NCBI GenBank assembly: GCA_038321985.1
Contig: JBBQFN010000007.1
Location: forward strand, 142,323-206,322
Origin: Cyanophyceae cyanobacterium
GTDB taxonomy: Bacteria; Cyanobacteriota; Cyanobacteriia; Cyanobacteriales; Laspinemataceae
DNA length: 64,000 bases
Direction of reading: 5' to 3'
Part shown: one piece after another, positions 31,181-41,552 of the stretch
Position numbering within the stretch: the stretch's first letter is position 1
Layout of the letters: each line of letters starts with the position of its first letter
Program-made: the position numbers and the translations under genes
Notes under the pieces: model-generated
What the model saw: only the letters and a program-made list of their open reading frames with translations
Database searches by the model: none
Told to the model about the DNA's origin: nothing

Positions 31181-33160
31181 CTAAAGCAGGTCCATTTCTG
31201 CCACTTCTTCCTCTAAAGGCAGGTCGTCTACAATTGGGATGCAAATTCCCTCTTTTTTTCTGCCTCCGAGTAGATACACCAGCATTTCCCCCTTGCCTTT
31301 AATGGGGATAGGGCCTCGGCACTCGAAACAATAGCCCGACTCTAGGATAGAGTAAGTTGTACTAGAGACCTGAATCCGACCCGGAACGCCGTGAGATTCC
31401 ATGCGAGAAGCGATATTTACCGTATCCCCCCACAGATCATAGATAAACTTGTGAGTTCCTATCACCCCAGCGATCGCGGGTCCCGTATGAATGCCAATTC
31501 GCATTAAAAAAGGTTCCTGACATTTGCGATTAAAATGAAGAATCTCCGATTGCATATCCAGAGCCATTTCTGCCATCGCCTCCGCATGATTGCGAGAATG
31601 GACGGGCAATCCCCCCACCACCATATAAGCATCCCCAATGGTTTTAATTTTCTCCAACCCATGTTTTTCGGCGAGTCGGTCAAATATCGTAAACACTTGA
31701 TTAAGAAGTTGCACCAATTCCGTTGGCGAAATCCGTGCGGCTAACTTAGTAAAGCCCACAATATCGGCAAATAATACCGTCACTTCTGGAAAACTCTCAG
31801 CAATCGTTTGGGTATCTTCCTTCAGACGCTCGGCGATCGCTTTGGGCAAAACGTTTAGCAACAGACGCTCAGACTTCGCCTGTTCCACCTCCAATTGCTT
31901 AAACGCTTGTTGCAACTGTTCCGATTGTTCCGCACGTGCTAATGCTAGGGCTTCAATTTCCGCTGTGCGGGAGACGGAAGTCAGCAGATAAGTAACGGGA
32001 ATGTGCGTCCACAAAAAGCCGATAATCAGCACTGCCCAAGATCGCCAATGTTTTCGAGATGCCTGATATTCCTCCGTCGGCCAAATATAGAACGCCCAAA
32101 TCCGTTCATTTACCTTAATCTCTCGCCTGAGGGCACTTTCGTTCTCCATTCCAACCACGCTATGAGCACGAGTGCGTTGATTCGCGATCGCCTTAAAGGG
32201 ACATTGCGATGGCACATCTCCGGCAAAAGGTTCGGGGGTACTCAGCGAGGCGATCAGTTCGGTGGATTCTAATAAAGTCAGCAAGGGATACGGTTGACCC
32301 GAATTCCCGCTCATCCCTGTTCCTGGGGTTTCGTCGCACAGGTACAAATTAAACTGGCGGTCTTTTGCTCCAGCGAGTTGAAATAGATTGACCACCTCCA
32401 CCCACCCCACGACAAATCCGCGTAAGGGTAGGGCGTCATCCGAACGGATATCGGAGTCGGGAGGGAGAATTGAGCCAGTTGGGATGGTATTTTCATAGAT
32501 AGGCTGAACCGCTAAAAATCCCTGTGACGCTCCCGCACCGACGACTTGCCAATCGAGGAGATCGGTAATTAGCATTTTCCCCATCTGTGCTGCTTGTTTC
32601 AGTGCAGCTTGGTAAGTCGGATTCGCCGCCAAATCCCAGCCCGAGGTATTGGGGTTTTCCAGAAGCGGGGCAATATAGGAGATTGGAAAGTATTCGGGGA
32701 AGCGATCGCGCCGGATTACCCCACCCGGTGCGATCGATTGTGCGATCATAAAGTTCCCCTCTCCTGACCCTGCCATCTGCGCCTCATAAGTCTCGCGATC
32801 GCTATCCTCAACCCGCTCCACCCAGGCAATCACAGAGACGGTAGAAGGGTTCGACAGGGGACGGCGCACAAACTGCTCAAATGAAGCCCGATCAACCTCC
32901 TTCGAGGCTTTGAAGAAGTCCGTAATCGTGCGAATAATTTCCAAGTCGGCGTCGATTTGCTGCTGCAATCGAGCCGCTAAAACATCCATGCCCCGATTTA
33001 ATTCATAGTCCCGTCGCCGATTTTCCCACTCCCATACTCCGGCGAATCCCACCACAGACAGTCCTACTCCCATCCCAAAGATGATGGCAGCAGGAAGATA
33101 GCGACTCCACGGTATTCTCGGGTTGTTTGGCATAGTTGCTTGTTGATGTTTGGCGTCCAC
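31181..33160 (-). CDS. CHASE-domain membrane adenylate cyclase (class III)
   Basis: TM-CHASE-TM architecture; LFADIVGFT, KIKTIGDAYM and YDLWGDTVNIASRMES (K/D pair indicates ATP specificity). Confidence 0.9.
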   Translation of the reverse strand: MDAKHQQATMPNNPRIPWSRYLPAAIIFGMGVGLSVVGFAGVWEWENRRRDYELNRGMDVLAARLQQQIDADLEIIRTITDFFKASKEVDRASFEQFVRRPLSNPSTVSVIAWVERVEDSDRETYEAQMAGSGEGNFMIAQSIAPGGVIRRDRFPEYFPISYIAPLLENPNTSGWDLAANPTYQAALKQAAQMGKMLITDLLDWQVVGAGASQGFLAVQPIYENTIPTGSILPPDSDIRSDDALPLRGFVVGWVEVVNLFQLAGAKDRQFNLYLCDETPGTGMSGNSGQPYPLLTLLESTELIASLSTPEPFAGDVPSQCPFKAIANQRTRAHSVVGMENESALRREIKVNERIWAFYIWPTEEYQASRKHWRSWAVLIIGFLWTHIPVTYLLTSVSRTAEIEALALARAEQSEQLQQAFKQLEVEQAKSERLLLNVLPKAIAERLKEDTQTIAESFPEVTVLFADIVGFTKLAARISPTELVQLLNQVFTIFDRLAEKHGLEKIKTIGDAYMVVGGLPVHSRNHAEAMAEMALDMQSEILHFNRKCQEPFLMRIGIHTGPAIAGVIGTHKFIYDLWGDTVNIASRMESHGVPGRIQVSSTTYSILESGYCFECRGPIPIKGKGEMLVYLLGGRKKEGICIPIVDDLPLEEEVAEMDLL

Positions 33161-34146
33161 TTAATCTAATCTCGAAGCGCGAGAGTATCGATTTTATTAA
33201 GAGTTTTAATGGAGAACTTTCATCCCCCCGCTTACTTAAAATCTCCTGCTTTTTACAGACCTTGTAGAGGTTGGGTTTTCCCTCTCCACTTGGGGTACTT
33301 TGCAGCGGACCTGATCCCCTGATAGGCTAGTCAGCTGAGCGATCGCTCTAGGGGGCCAATGGATTCACGGATCTCCTGAATCCGGCGATCGGCCCTGATG
33401 AAACTCCCTTAATTCCAAAACCTCGGTTCAGTTTGGCTCCTTTGTTGATGCTTCCCCTAATTTTCCCGTTCCTCGGCTTTAGACCCTGCTGACTTGCTTA
33501 CCCTGACTTTTTCCTCATTCAAACAGTTCTTTAAGTCCCAGGAGAGGGATGCCATTTCACAGCGGTTGCCCTCGCCTCTTGGCTTTGATCAAATAAATTT
33601 AAAAGGACCCGTGCTAGCGAATCGCTTACACCCTAGCATATCCCGTAGATAGACTCTTCAATCCTTTAAAAAAGTTAACTAGCAGCTTACTCCCGGGCCG
33701 AAAATTTATCCCAAAAACCCTGATTTTAAACTTCAATCCTGGCTTTAACCCCAGATGCCTGTTCAGAAATAACCCGCTGCTAAAACATGAGATTTTCTTC
33801 CCTCTAGTCCTTAAAAGTTAGGTTGTTGATCTTCTCCTGTCCCTCGCCCTTTTATGGATTATATAGAGCAAGTCTACATCATTTAGACCCTTTATTTAGG
33901 CCGACTCTATAGGGTTTCTTGGACTCTTCTCTTACAGATAGCTATCAGCTATGAGAAGTTATACTCCATGGCATTTCTATAGGTGGGAAAAACCCACAGC
34001 CTAAAGGCTGCCAGCTCATAGGAGACAACTGTGCCTGGGTTTCTCTTAATAGAAAACCGACTTTTAAATACCGGATTTGGTATTAAGAGTGCGTGGCGAT
34101 CGCGAAACTGAATCATCTCTTTTTTGGTTAAGCCCAAAAAACCCGG

Positions 34147-36564
34147 TTACGGCACTGAAAAGGGCTGAGGGTTCGGGTCTTCAATACATCCCCATTCTTC
34201 TGTAGTCGTTGGGACCACATTGGGCAGGACCTGGGCGAGTAACAACTTCTCTGGAATCCACCCGAGATTGGTGGGTCTGACCTCTAAACGAGTGGGCGCT
34301 GCTGGTTTTGGATCCTGACTAGAGGCGGGAGAGGCCCCATCAGGGGTAGGAACTGGGGCCGGCACAGAACTCTTGGCTTCCAAAGGTTTAGGGGTCGAGC
34401 AAACTTGGATTTGGACCCAGGCATCGGTATCGTTAACCCCCCGTTGTTTTCCCATCACCAACAAAGCACTACCACCGGGGATAATTCCCAGTTGGTTTCC
34501 AGGTTCAGCTTCCCCTTGCTGCCTCAACAATACCAGTTCCTCATTTTCGGGGGTGCTATCGGTGAAAGAACTCCTCAGTTGTAGGTACTGGCCCGGTTCT
34601 ATCGTGGGTTGCTCCGTTAACTCCGGGATGGGAGCGGGGTTGGTCACGGGATCGGTCGGGTTGGGGTCTTCTTCTCCCGGTAAGGGCAAATTCACTCTAG
34701 GACCGGGCCATCCCTCCAGGGTTAGAAGTACCCCTGCGGCTGTGCCTACGGCGACTAGGAAGAGGATTCCCAGTAACATCGGAAACATGGAAAGCGATCG
34801 CCTAGGAGGGGGAAGTAACTTGGTGGGGGCATCCGGCGGTTTGAGATTTTGGGTATCCTCAGTGGGGAAAGCCGTTGGATAGGAATCTTCCAGGGGTTCT
34901 GCGGGGGGGACCGATTGGAGTTGGGCCACCAACAGACTGGGGTCAAGTCCGCCAGAGCGAATCAGCTCTACCTTACAGTAAACCAGCCCCACAGTGACAT
35001 TATCGTGACCGTTATGGAAATTACCAATATCGATTAACTTAGTCGCCGATCGCAACACGGGAAATTCCCCCGATAAAATCGGGAGGATTTCTGTTTCCCA
35101 GTATTGCTCCACCCGGTCATTGTCGCTCAACCCATCGGAGCACAACAGAAACGCGCTATCCTCATCGACGATAAAGCGCTGGACGGTGGGATGAAGCACC
35201 GATGAAGCACTCATCCCTAATGCTTGAATTAAAGACCCTGCTGCCCCTTGTTGTAGCGCATCCCGGTAGAGGGAGTAACCCAAGCGGACCTCGCGAGAAG
35301 CCACATCATCATCGAGGGTGACTTGTCGGCAACCCGTCAAGGTAATCCAATAGGCGCGACTATCCCCAATGTGATTGATATAAATTTCATGGCGATGGGT
35401 CAGGGCCATCACCAAAGTGGTCCCCATCCGTTGCCGAGCTTGGCGCTGTTCTTCGTCATTGCGGCTGGCAATGCGATCGTTGGCGATCGCGACGGCCCGT
35501 TCAATATGCTCAATGATAATGTGGGGTTCGCTCTGGGTATGCTCTGAAACGACAGATTCCAGTTGTTGTTGTAAGGTTTCGATCGCCAAATTAGAGGCAA
35601 CATTACCCCCCTCATGTCCGCCAATGCCATCACAGACAATGGCTAAACCACTGGTGTCGGAAGTTGCATAGACCGTGCCACTGGGAGGATAACAGGCATC
35701 TTCATTACGGCGGCGAGTCGGACCTCGATCGGTACCCGTAGCAATGTGATAAGTGCGCTTGTAAAGCCCTCCACACAAACTTAAACCCCGGTCTAACAGC
35801 TCGATCAGTTGCGGTGTTGTTTGGACATCTTGGGTCGCTAGCATCTGGCCGAGTTGCTCTAGATAGGGGGCGATCGCCGGATGGGCATTTTTGACCCAAC
35901 TCAACCAGAATTGTCCCAATCCCGACAATTCCGACGTTTTAGCATCCCGGGGCAATTCCAGCAGGCGCAGCCAAGACCCTTCTACTCGTAACAACTCCGG
36001 ATTGAGTAGGCTCCCGGCTACCCCCTCCTTTTTAAATGGTTGCCACAGTTGAGCCATTTGCCACATCCAATTCAACTGGCGCATAGGCGAGGCATCGGGC
36101 CAGCAGTCAGTCAGCCGAGGCATCAATTGGGCAGGGACGGCCTGGGGGGGTTGACCTTTGCGGACAGACAGGACTGTTCCTTCTGGGTAAATTGCCGATT
36201 CCTCTAACAGCCAAATATCTCGATTCCGGTCGTTTCCCTTCGACGGCAAGCGACCATAAACCTGGGGAACGTGCAATCGCAGGGGAAACAGTTTGAGATA
36301 AGGCACGATCACCGAGGGCACCTCAACTGGCATCTCCGGCAAGACCCCTGGTTTAGTATCGACCAGAATCTTATCCTCCTTAACCAGATAGCGATCGGCT
36401 AAGGTATCCCCCGGTTGATAGGTTTCCCGACCCGTTCCACCCACTGCCCATAAGTAGCGTTTGGGCAGGGGAGTGCCGCATTTTTGACAAAATTTTTGGG
36501 TCTCCGGGTTGGGAGATTGACAGGTGAAGTTGGGACAGTAGATTATGGCCGATGGTTTATTCAT
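34147..36564 (-). CDS. PP2C/PPM Ser/Thr phosphatase with N-terminal 4-Cys zinc ribbon, TM helix and Pro-rich C-terminus
   Basis: CPNFTC...CQKC; RRRNED, VCDGIGGHEGG, MGTT, HIGDSRAY, LLCSDGL and GHDNVT. Confidence 0.9.
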   Translation of the reverse strand: MNKPSAIIYCPNFTCQSPNPETQKFCQKCGTPLPKRYLWAVGGTGRETYQPGDTLADRYLVKEDKILVDTKPGVLPEMPVEVPSVIVPYLKLFPLRLHVPQVYGRLPSKGNDRNRDIWLLEESAIYPEGTVLSVRKGQPPQAVPAQLMPRLTDCWPDASPMRQLNWMWQMAQLWQPFKKEGVAGSLLNPELLRVEGSWLRLLELPRDAKTSELSGLGQFWLSWVKNAHPAIAPYLEQLGQMLATQDVQTTPQLIELLDRGLSLCGGLYKRTYHIATGTDRGPTRRRNEDACYPPSGTVYATSDTSGLAIVCDGIGGHEGGNVASNLAIETLQQQLESVVSEHTQSEPHIIIEHIERAVAIANDRIASRNDEEQRQARQRMGTTLVMALTHRHEIYINHIGDSRAYWITLTGCRQVTLDDDVASREVRLGYSLYRDALQQGAAGSLIQALGMSASSVLHPTVQRFIVDEDSAFLLCSDGLSDNDRVEQYWETEILPILSGEFPVLRSATKLIDIGNFHNGHDNVTVGLVYCKVELIRSGGLDPSLLVAQLQSVPPAEPLEDSYPTAFPTEDTQNLKPPDAPTKLLPPPRRSLSMFPMLLGILFLVAVGTAAGVLLTLEGWPGPRVNLPLPGEEDPNPTDPVTNPAPIPELTEQPTIEPGQYLQLRSSFTDSTPENEELVLLRQQGEAEPGNQLGIIPGGSALLVMGKQRGVNDTDAWVQIQVCSTPKPLEAKSSVPAPVPTPDGASPASSQDPKPAAPTRLEVRPTNLGWIPEKLLLAQVLPNVVPTTTEEWGCIEDPNPQPFSVP

Positions 36565-37212
36565 GGGGATTCCTCGCGCCGGGAAGCTGTTTTTGATCAG
36601 CCGAAGGTCGGCAATATTATCTCCTTACTATGGGCGCAGCATTTGGGGAATATATTAATTACTCAATCCAGGATAGTTGTATCCTAGTAGGTCACCCCTA
36701 GTTCAAGCCAGAGCGCCAAAGGTTAGCACTCCTCCCGACTGCAAGGGGCGGGGGGCAACCCTCCGGACTGAAACCCTGACTAGCCCATCACGCCGTTACC
36801 GGGTAAAGACTACCGAATAGCCCTCTAGTTTGAATTATCTGCTTTTTCAGCAGGAGTCAGACTCGTCTAGAAGGCGGACATCTGGGTAGCGGTGATTGAA
36901 AGGGCATATCTGGGTGAGGTGAGAGTTCCATCGGATTATATCCCCAAAAAATACTCTCCACCCGATCGCCCTATAACGACAGCGTTTCAGACCCGTTTTT
37001 AACAGATGAGCGTCAATGTCCGATTTTAGCTTTTTTCTGACCGTTTAGGGCTGTTTTTCCTCGGCTTGGGTTGGGCAGGTTGCTGGAGGTCTTCCCTAAC
37101 TGGCTTGGGCTGTAAGAGAAACCGATTGTTAACCCCAAAAGCCGGGGTTCTCTCGTACCCCTCCCTGGACACTCGACCTTGCTAACAACTTGAGGATGCA
37201 TTGAACGGGGGC

Positions 37213-37230
37213 TTTACAGAGCTTTACAAT
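37213..37230 (+). promoter_or_regulatory. HLR1-like (RpaB) direct repeat upstream of ndhM
   Basis: TTTACAGA-GC-TTTACAAT versus consensus KTTACAWW-N2-KTTACAWW (1 mismatch). Confidence 0.55.
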
Positions 37231-37266
37231 TGATTTATTGATTTTAACTACCCTGGCATAATACCT

Positions 37267-37608
37267 ATGATGCTCAAGTCAACAACCCGTCACATTCGGA
37301 TTTTTACGGCAGAGGTGCAAGATAATGAATTTGCCCCCAGTCCCGATTTATTAACCCTGGATGTGGATCCGGACAATGAATTTAACTGGCCTGAACCGAC
37401 GTTGCAAAAGGTCTATCGCAAATTTGACGAACTGGTTGATTCCTACAGCGGGGAAGATTTAACCGAGTACAATTTGCGCCGCATCGGTTCGGATCTGGAA
37501 TATTTCTTGCGATCGCTCCTTCAAGGGGGAGAACTCTCCTATAACCTCAACAGCCGCGTCCAGAACTACAGCATGGGTGTACCCCAGGTGATCTACGAGG
37601 ACCAGTAA
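37267..37608 (+). CDS. ndhM: NAD(P)H-quinone oxidoreductase (NDH-1) subunit M
   Basis: MLKSTTRHIRIF, LDVDPDNEFNW, LTEYNLRRIGSDLE and NYSMG. Confidence 0.96.
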   Translation: MMLKSTTRHIRIFTAEVQDNEFAPSPDLLTLDVDPDNEFNWPEPTLQKVYRKFDELVDSYSGEDLTEYNLRRIGSDLEYFLRSLLQGGELSYNLNSRVQNYSMGVPQVIYEDQ

Positions 37609-37690
37609 TCTCGCCTCGGGTTTTTATCGGTTTGAGAACTGATGCACCAGTCCATAGGTTTTTTATAATGAGGCTGATTTAATACACCTC

Positions 37691-37748
37691 TTGCAAAATT
37701 CCGGACTGATCCCCCGCACCCCCCCTGAACAAGGGGGGCTTTTTGCAA
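37691..37748. repeat. Palindromic element between convergent genes
   Basis: TTGCAAAA ... CCCCCC-TGAACAA-GGGGGG ... TTTTGCAA nested inverted repeats. Confidence 0.55.
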
Positions 37749-37762
37749 TTGGGCAAAGTTTT

Positions 37763-39067
37763 TTATTGGGGTGGTGCGGCGATCATGGCTTGAACCTCTT
37801 GAAGGTCAATTTGGAAACGATTAGCGATCGCCTCCATCACCTGCCGTTCTTGATCCGTGACTACTCCATCAATTTGAGCAATTCGGCAACATTGGGCTAA
37901 CAGGGGATAGGCAAAATCGGGATCAAGCTGGTTCAGTAGTTCTTCTAAGGGGACGGGATGCTCAATCTCAGTCTCGATCACCTTCAGGGACTCGGAAGTA
38001 AAGTTTAATTGCGTTAATTTGGGTAAAATATCCGCCCAAGAGGTATCCGGACGGGACGCCAAAATCTGATGAATCAAAATCCGGTCCATCACATCTTTTT
38101 GGGCGATCGCGCGTTCCAAATACTCCTGATTCTCTTCTTCTAAGGCTTGCGTCGCCGCCTCCTGGGTAAGGGGATTTGTCTTGGCTTCGTAGAAGCGGCA
38201 AGCGGCATATCCCAGGCCATACAACATCACCGCATTAGAACTTGCCCCGATCGCCATCCCTGCCAGAGGCAAGTTCCGCAACACCCCTAATCCGCCTTTC
38301 AGTGCAGCAGACCCTCCTAGGGATAACCCAAAAATCGCTAAAACTTCACCGCGTCGCGCCGGGTCGGTTAAATCCATCTGGTAGGCACCGGCAATCTGAT
38401 AAACCATCTCCGCCTGCAATACTGTAGTTGCCATCACATCGACACCCAACAGCGCTAGGGCCAGTCCAGGCACGATACTACTGACAAATCCAATTCCCCC
38501 CGCATAAAGCGATTTTTCCACCATAATCCGATGGGCGATTTCGTTCGGAGTTTCATGGGGATACTCTTGCTGCAACTTGCGAACCTGGGATTCGGCCTTT
38601 TCTATATCCACTTGTCCGACTAAGTTCAGTAGCCATTGGGCTTTAAAAACTTGGGCTACCTTTTTAACCACTGGATTTTCTCCAATAAAGGAGAGCGCTT
38701 TTCCCGTTTCCAGTGCAGTGCGATCAAACAACTTGAGAGATTCTTTTGCTGCTATTTCTGCGGTCTGTGTGGCGCTTTGGGTTACGGATTTCCCGGCCTC
38801 AGATGCGAGATGGGTGGCTTGTCCGGCAGCTTCTAGGGCTGTCCCTGTTAGGGAACCGATATCAAAGGAGACAGCCCCGGTATTTCCCCTTGCGATCGCC
38901 CCGACTAATTCAATAGTCTCGGCCACTTTATCCACCGCGACCTTACTCACTTCTAACGCGGCTTTGTTGATATTTTCTTGTACATCCCCGACTGTTGCCC
39001 CAACTTGTTGGCAAGCTGAATTTTTGGTTTTGGAACCGGGCTGATTATTTCTTTGTTGTGTTTTCAT
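37763..39067 (-). CDS. EcsC-like membrane protein with Ala-rich N-terminus and TerB-like C-terminus
   Basis: LQAEMVYQIAGAY..DL, Gly-rich hydrophobic helices, C-terminal IAQIDGVVTDQE. Confidence 0.6.
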   Translation of the reverse strand: MKTQQRNNQPGSKTKNSACQQVGATVGDVQENINKAALEVSKVAVDKVAETIELVGAIARGNTGAVSFDIGSLTGTALEAAGQATHLASEAGKSVTQSATQTAEIAAKESLKLFDRTALETGKALSFIGENPVVKKVAQVFKAQWLLNLVGQVDIEKAESQVRKLQQEYPHETPNEIAHRIMVEKSLYAGGIGFVSSIVPGLALALLGVDVMATTVLQAEMVYQIAGAYQMDLTDPARRGEVLAIFGLSLGGSAALKGGLGVLRNLPLAGMAIGASSNAVMLYGLGYAACRFYEAKTNPLTQEAATQALEEENQEYLERAIAQKDVMDRILIHQILASRPDTSWADILPKLTQLNFTSESLKVIETEIEHPVPLEELLNQLDPDFAYPLLAQCCRIAQIDGVVTDQERQVMEAIANRFQIDLQEVQAMIAAPPQ

Positions 39068-39402
39068 TTTTTATTTTCCCTCTTTTTTTACGGTTATTAG
39101 CCGGCCTAAAATGATTTTACCAAGTTATTTAGACCTGCTATATTTTTGTTTTTTGTGTTCTTAGCCTATTTCCCTCTTAGTCACCCTAAAAATGTAGAAA
39201 AAAATTTACAATCTTACTGTTTCTACTCATTCTGGAAAAGTAGGATTAAAACGTTTTAGGAATTAAGCAAAAAAATCCGGTTGCTGAGTTAGGTTGCGTA
39301 AGTCGTGAACTTTTTTAAACCCATCCGGCCTCTGTTTTCCCGGAAGTACCTAAAAAGAAAGTGAGCGATCGCCCGGATCACTCACGTTTCTGTTTAGGAA
39401 AT

Positions 39403-40497
39403 TTAGGCTCTTCCCACCGGGGTTGTCGGTTTCGCGGGTTGCGGTTCTGACACCCCTAGCCGTTCTTGATACAGACGCGCCAAGCGCCGCTCTGCCTTAG
39501 CTAAGTCCCGTTCAATGCTACTAAAAATCATGGCCGAAACAGGGTCTGTAAACTGGATTTCCAACTGAAAACAGTCTACAACCCCAGTCTGAATATCTCC
39601 CAAGGCTCGACGTAAAATTTCCAAGTCATTACCTGGGGGTAATGCATTTATTAAATTGGCGTAAGCACCCGCTGCCATTGCCGGTAAAAAGAGTTGTTCC
39701 CCCAGGGTTCGCAGTCGGCTTTCCAATAGTTCGATATGACTGGCTTTTTCTTCCCAAATCTCCAAGAGCACTAATCGAGTGGCGCTATCGGTTGTTTTAT
39801 CAGCATAATGCTTAAAGGCTTCTTGGGTATAGCGTTCTCCCGCCATGGCCTGATTCAAGCCGTTGATAATTTCCTGACGGGTCGATCCACCCCAGGCTTC
39901 GGCAAGCTGCCACCATTCTGCTGAGCTATCATTGCGCTCGGGCAGGGATTGGTCGGGGATGCTCAAATTCAGTCGAGAAAGAATTGCGGTGGTAAAAATG
40001 GCTAAATCCCCCGGTTGCCGAGAGCAAATCAGGTTACCATCGCTCGTTACTGACTCATCGATATAGGTAGCTCCGGCATTTTCCATATCCTTGCGGATTG
40101 AGGTAAATCCGGTGGCACGACGTCCCCGCAATAGGTCCGCTTCGATTAACACCTGGGGTCCGTGGCAAACGGCAGCTATTAATTTATCCAAGGCGGCAGC
40201 TTCTCGAACAAAGGAGATGGTGTTGGGGTTGGTTCGCATTTTGTCCGGTGCGGCACCCCCGGGAATAATCACGGCATCGAAGTTTTGAGCGCGGGCTTCG
40301 GTGGTGGTCCCGTCAGGTTTGATAGAAACTTTCCCTTGCTTGCCGTGATAGGTTTGCTTCATCCGGGACCCGAGAACTGAAACTTTTGCCCCGGCTTGTT
40401 GCAATGCTGTATAAGGAACTGTAAATTCGGAATCTTCAACTCCCTCTTCAATCAGGATGGCGACCCGGGGAATAAGTTGTGAGTTGTTGGTAGACAT
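39403..40497 (-). CDS. DJ-1/PfpI-family protein fused to a ferritin-like domain
   Basis: GVEDSEF, IPGG and AVCHGP nucleophile elbow; helical C-terminus with ExxH (EEKASH). Confidence 0.88.
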   Translation of the reverse strand: MSTNNSQLIPRVAILIEEGVEDSEFTVPYTALQQAGAKVSVLGSRMKQTYHGKQGKVSIKPDGTTTEARAQNFDAVIIPGGAAPDKMRTNPNTISFVREAAALDKLIAAVCHGPQVLIEADLLRGRRATGFTSIRKDMENAGATYIDESVTSDGNLICSRQPGDLAIFTTAILSRLNLSIPDQSLPERNDSSAEWWQLAEAWGGSTRQEIINGLNQAMAGERYTQEAFKHYADKTTDSATRLVLLEIWEEKASHIELLESRLRTLGEQLFLPAMAAGAYANLINALPPGNDLEILRRALGDIQTGVVDCFQLEIQFTDPVSAMIFSSIERDLAKAERRLARLYQERLGVSEPQPAKPTTPVGRA

Positions 40498-40835
40498 AAA
40501 GTTAGTGACCTCTTGGTTCCAGTGGTTTGCACTGTGGATCGACCTGGCGATCGCACTTATTTTTTATTTTTTTCTTTATTCTTCAGGACTTACGCATCAG
40601 GTATGTATAGCGCCTCTACATCATTTGGACCACAGAATTGAGTTTCACGTTGAAGCTAGGGATTCTCCAATTCATCTGGGTTCGCTGTATTAGTAGGTTT
40701 TAGCCCGGGGGACTGGACTGCGGCCATTGACAATTTCGGTGAGGGCGATGGAGCAAAGGCCGAAACCCTACAGGAGAAAAGACTCTGTTTTTTTCTCCTG
40801 CTTCCTTCTAACTAAGTCCTGCCGATGGGGGAGGT

Positions 40836-41348
40836 TTAGTACAGATACATACTGCCGTTGAGATCAATTCTCATGTTGGTGATGTCCGAATCTAAGTTAT
40901 TGGTTTCATCCAGATAAATTCGGATTTGTCCGGGAGCAATAATTTCAGGTTCTGCTTTAATCAGTCCTCCATCGGGTCGCACAAAGGTTATGGTTAAGGG
41001 AATTTGCAGATCCATCAGCATTGCTCCATCACCACCGCTAAGGGTGCGATCGCGAGTTTCCCCGATCGCCTCGTAGGTGATTGAAGTATTCATGCGATTG
41101 ATGATTTCTACGGCAACCGGCGCATTTTGGGGCAGAACGTAGGCTACGGGCATTTGCACGTTCTGGGGTAAGGGCATCGGTTGCGGCTGTAATTCGTCCA
41201 GGTTGGCGGGATTAGCATCTCCCTCTACCGTGGGAGTGTTCTGAGCAATGCCTGCAATGGGGAAGGCGATTGCTCCTAGGACAAGGCTACTAAAAATTGC
41301 GCCTAATAATCCAGGATTTTTGCCCTTGAATAAGTGAGTAAACTTCAT
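40836..41348 (-). CDS. Hypothetical secreted protein
   Basis: N-terminal signal peptide (…AFPIAGIAQ); GGAGG RBS. Confidence 0.75.
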   Translation of the reverse strand: MKFTHLFKGKNPGLLGAIFSSLVLGAIAFPIAGIAQNTPTVEGDANPANLDELQPQPMPLPQNVQMPVAYVLPQNAPVAVEIINRMNTSITYEAIGETRDRTLSGGDGAMLMDLQIPLTITFVRPDGGLIKAEPEIIAPGQIRIYLDETNNLDSDITNMRIDLNGSMYLY

Positions 41349-41552
41349 AATAAAGCCTCCAAAAGGGGTTAATTAAAAATAAACGCTTCAAAAAACGAGT
41401 GCGATCGCCTAGTGATTGCGTTTCGAGATCGATAAATTACCCTAGGGTAGACCTTCCGGGAGGGGTTGGACTTTCCCTAGAGCAATCGCACTCCGTGCCA
41501 AGAGTGGGACAGTGTTACTCGCCCCACTCAATCTCTTAGGTCAAAGTTGGAA

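Noticed and set aside
34373..34882. 169-aa plus-strand ORF
   Set aside because: Antisense shadow of the Pro-rich part of the PP2C gene.
38577..39044. 155-aa plus-strand ORF
   Set aside because: Antisense shadow of the EcsC-like gene.
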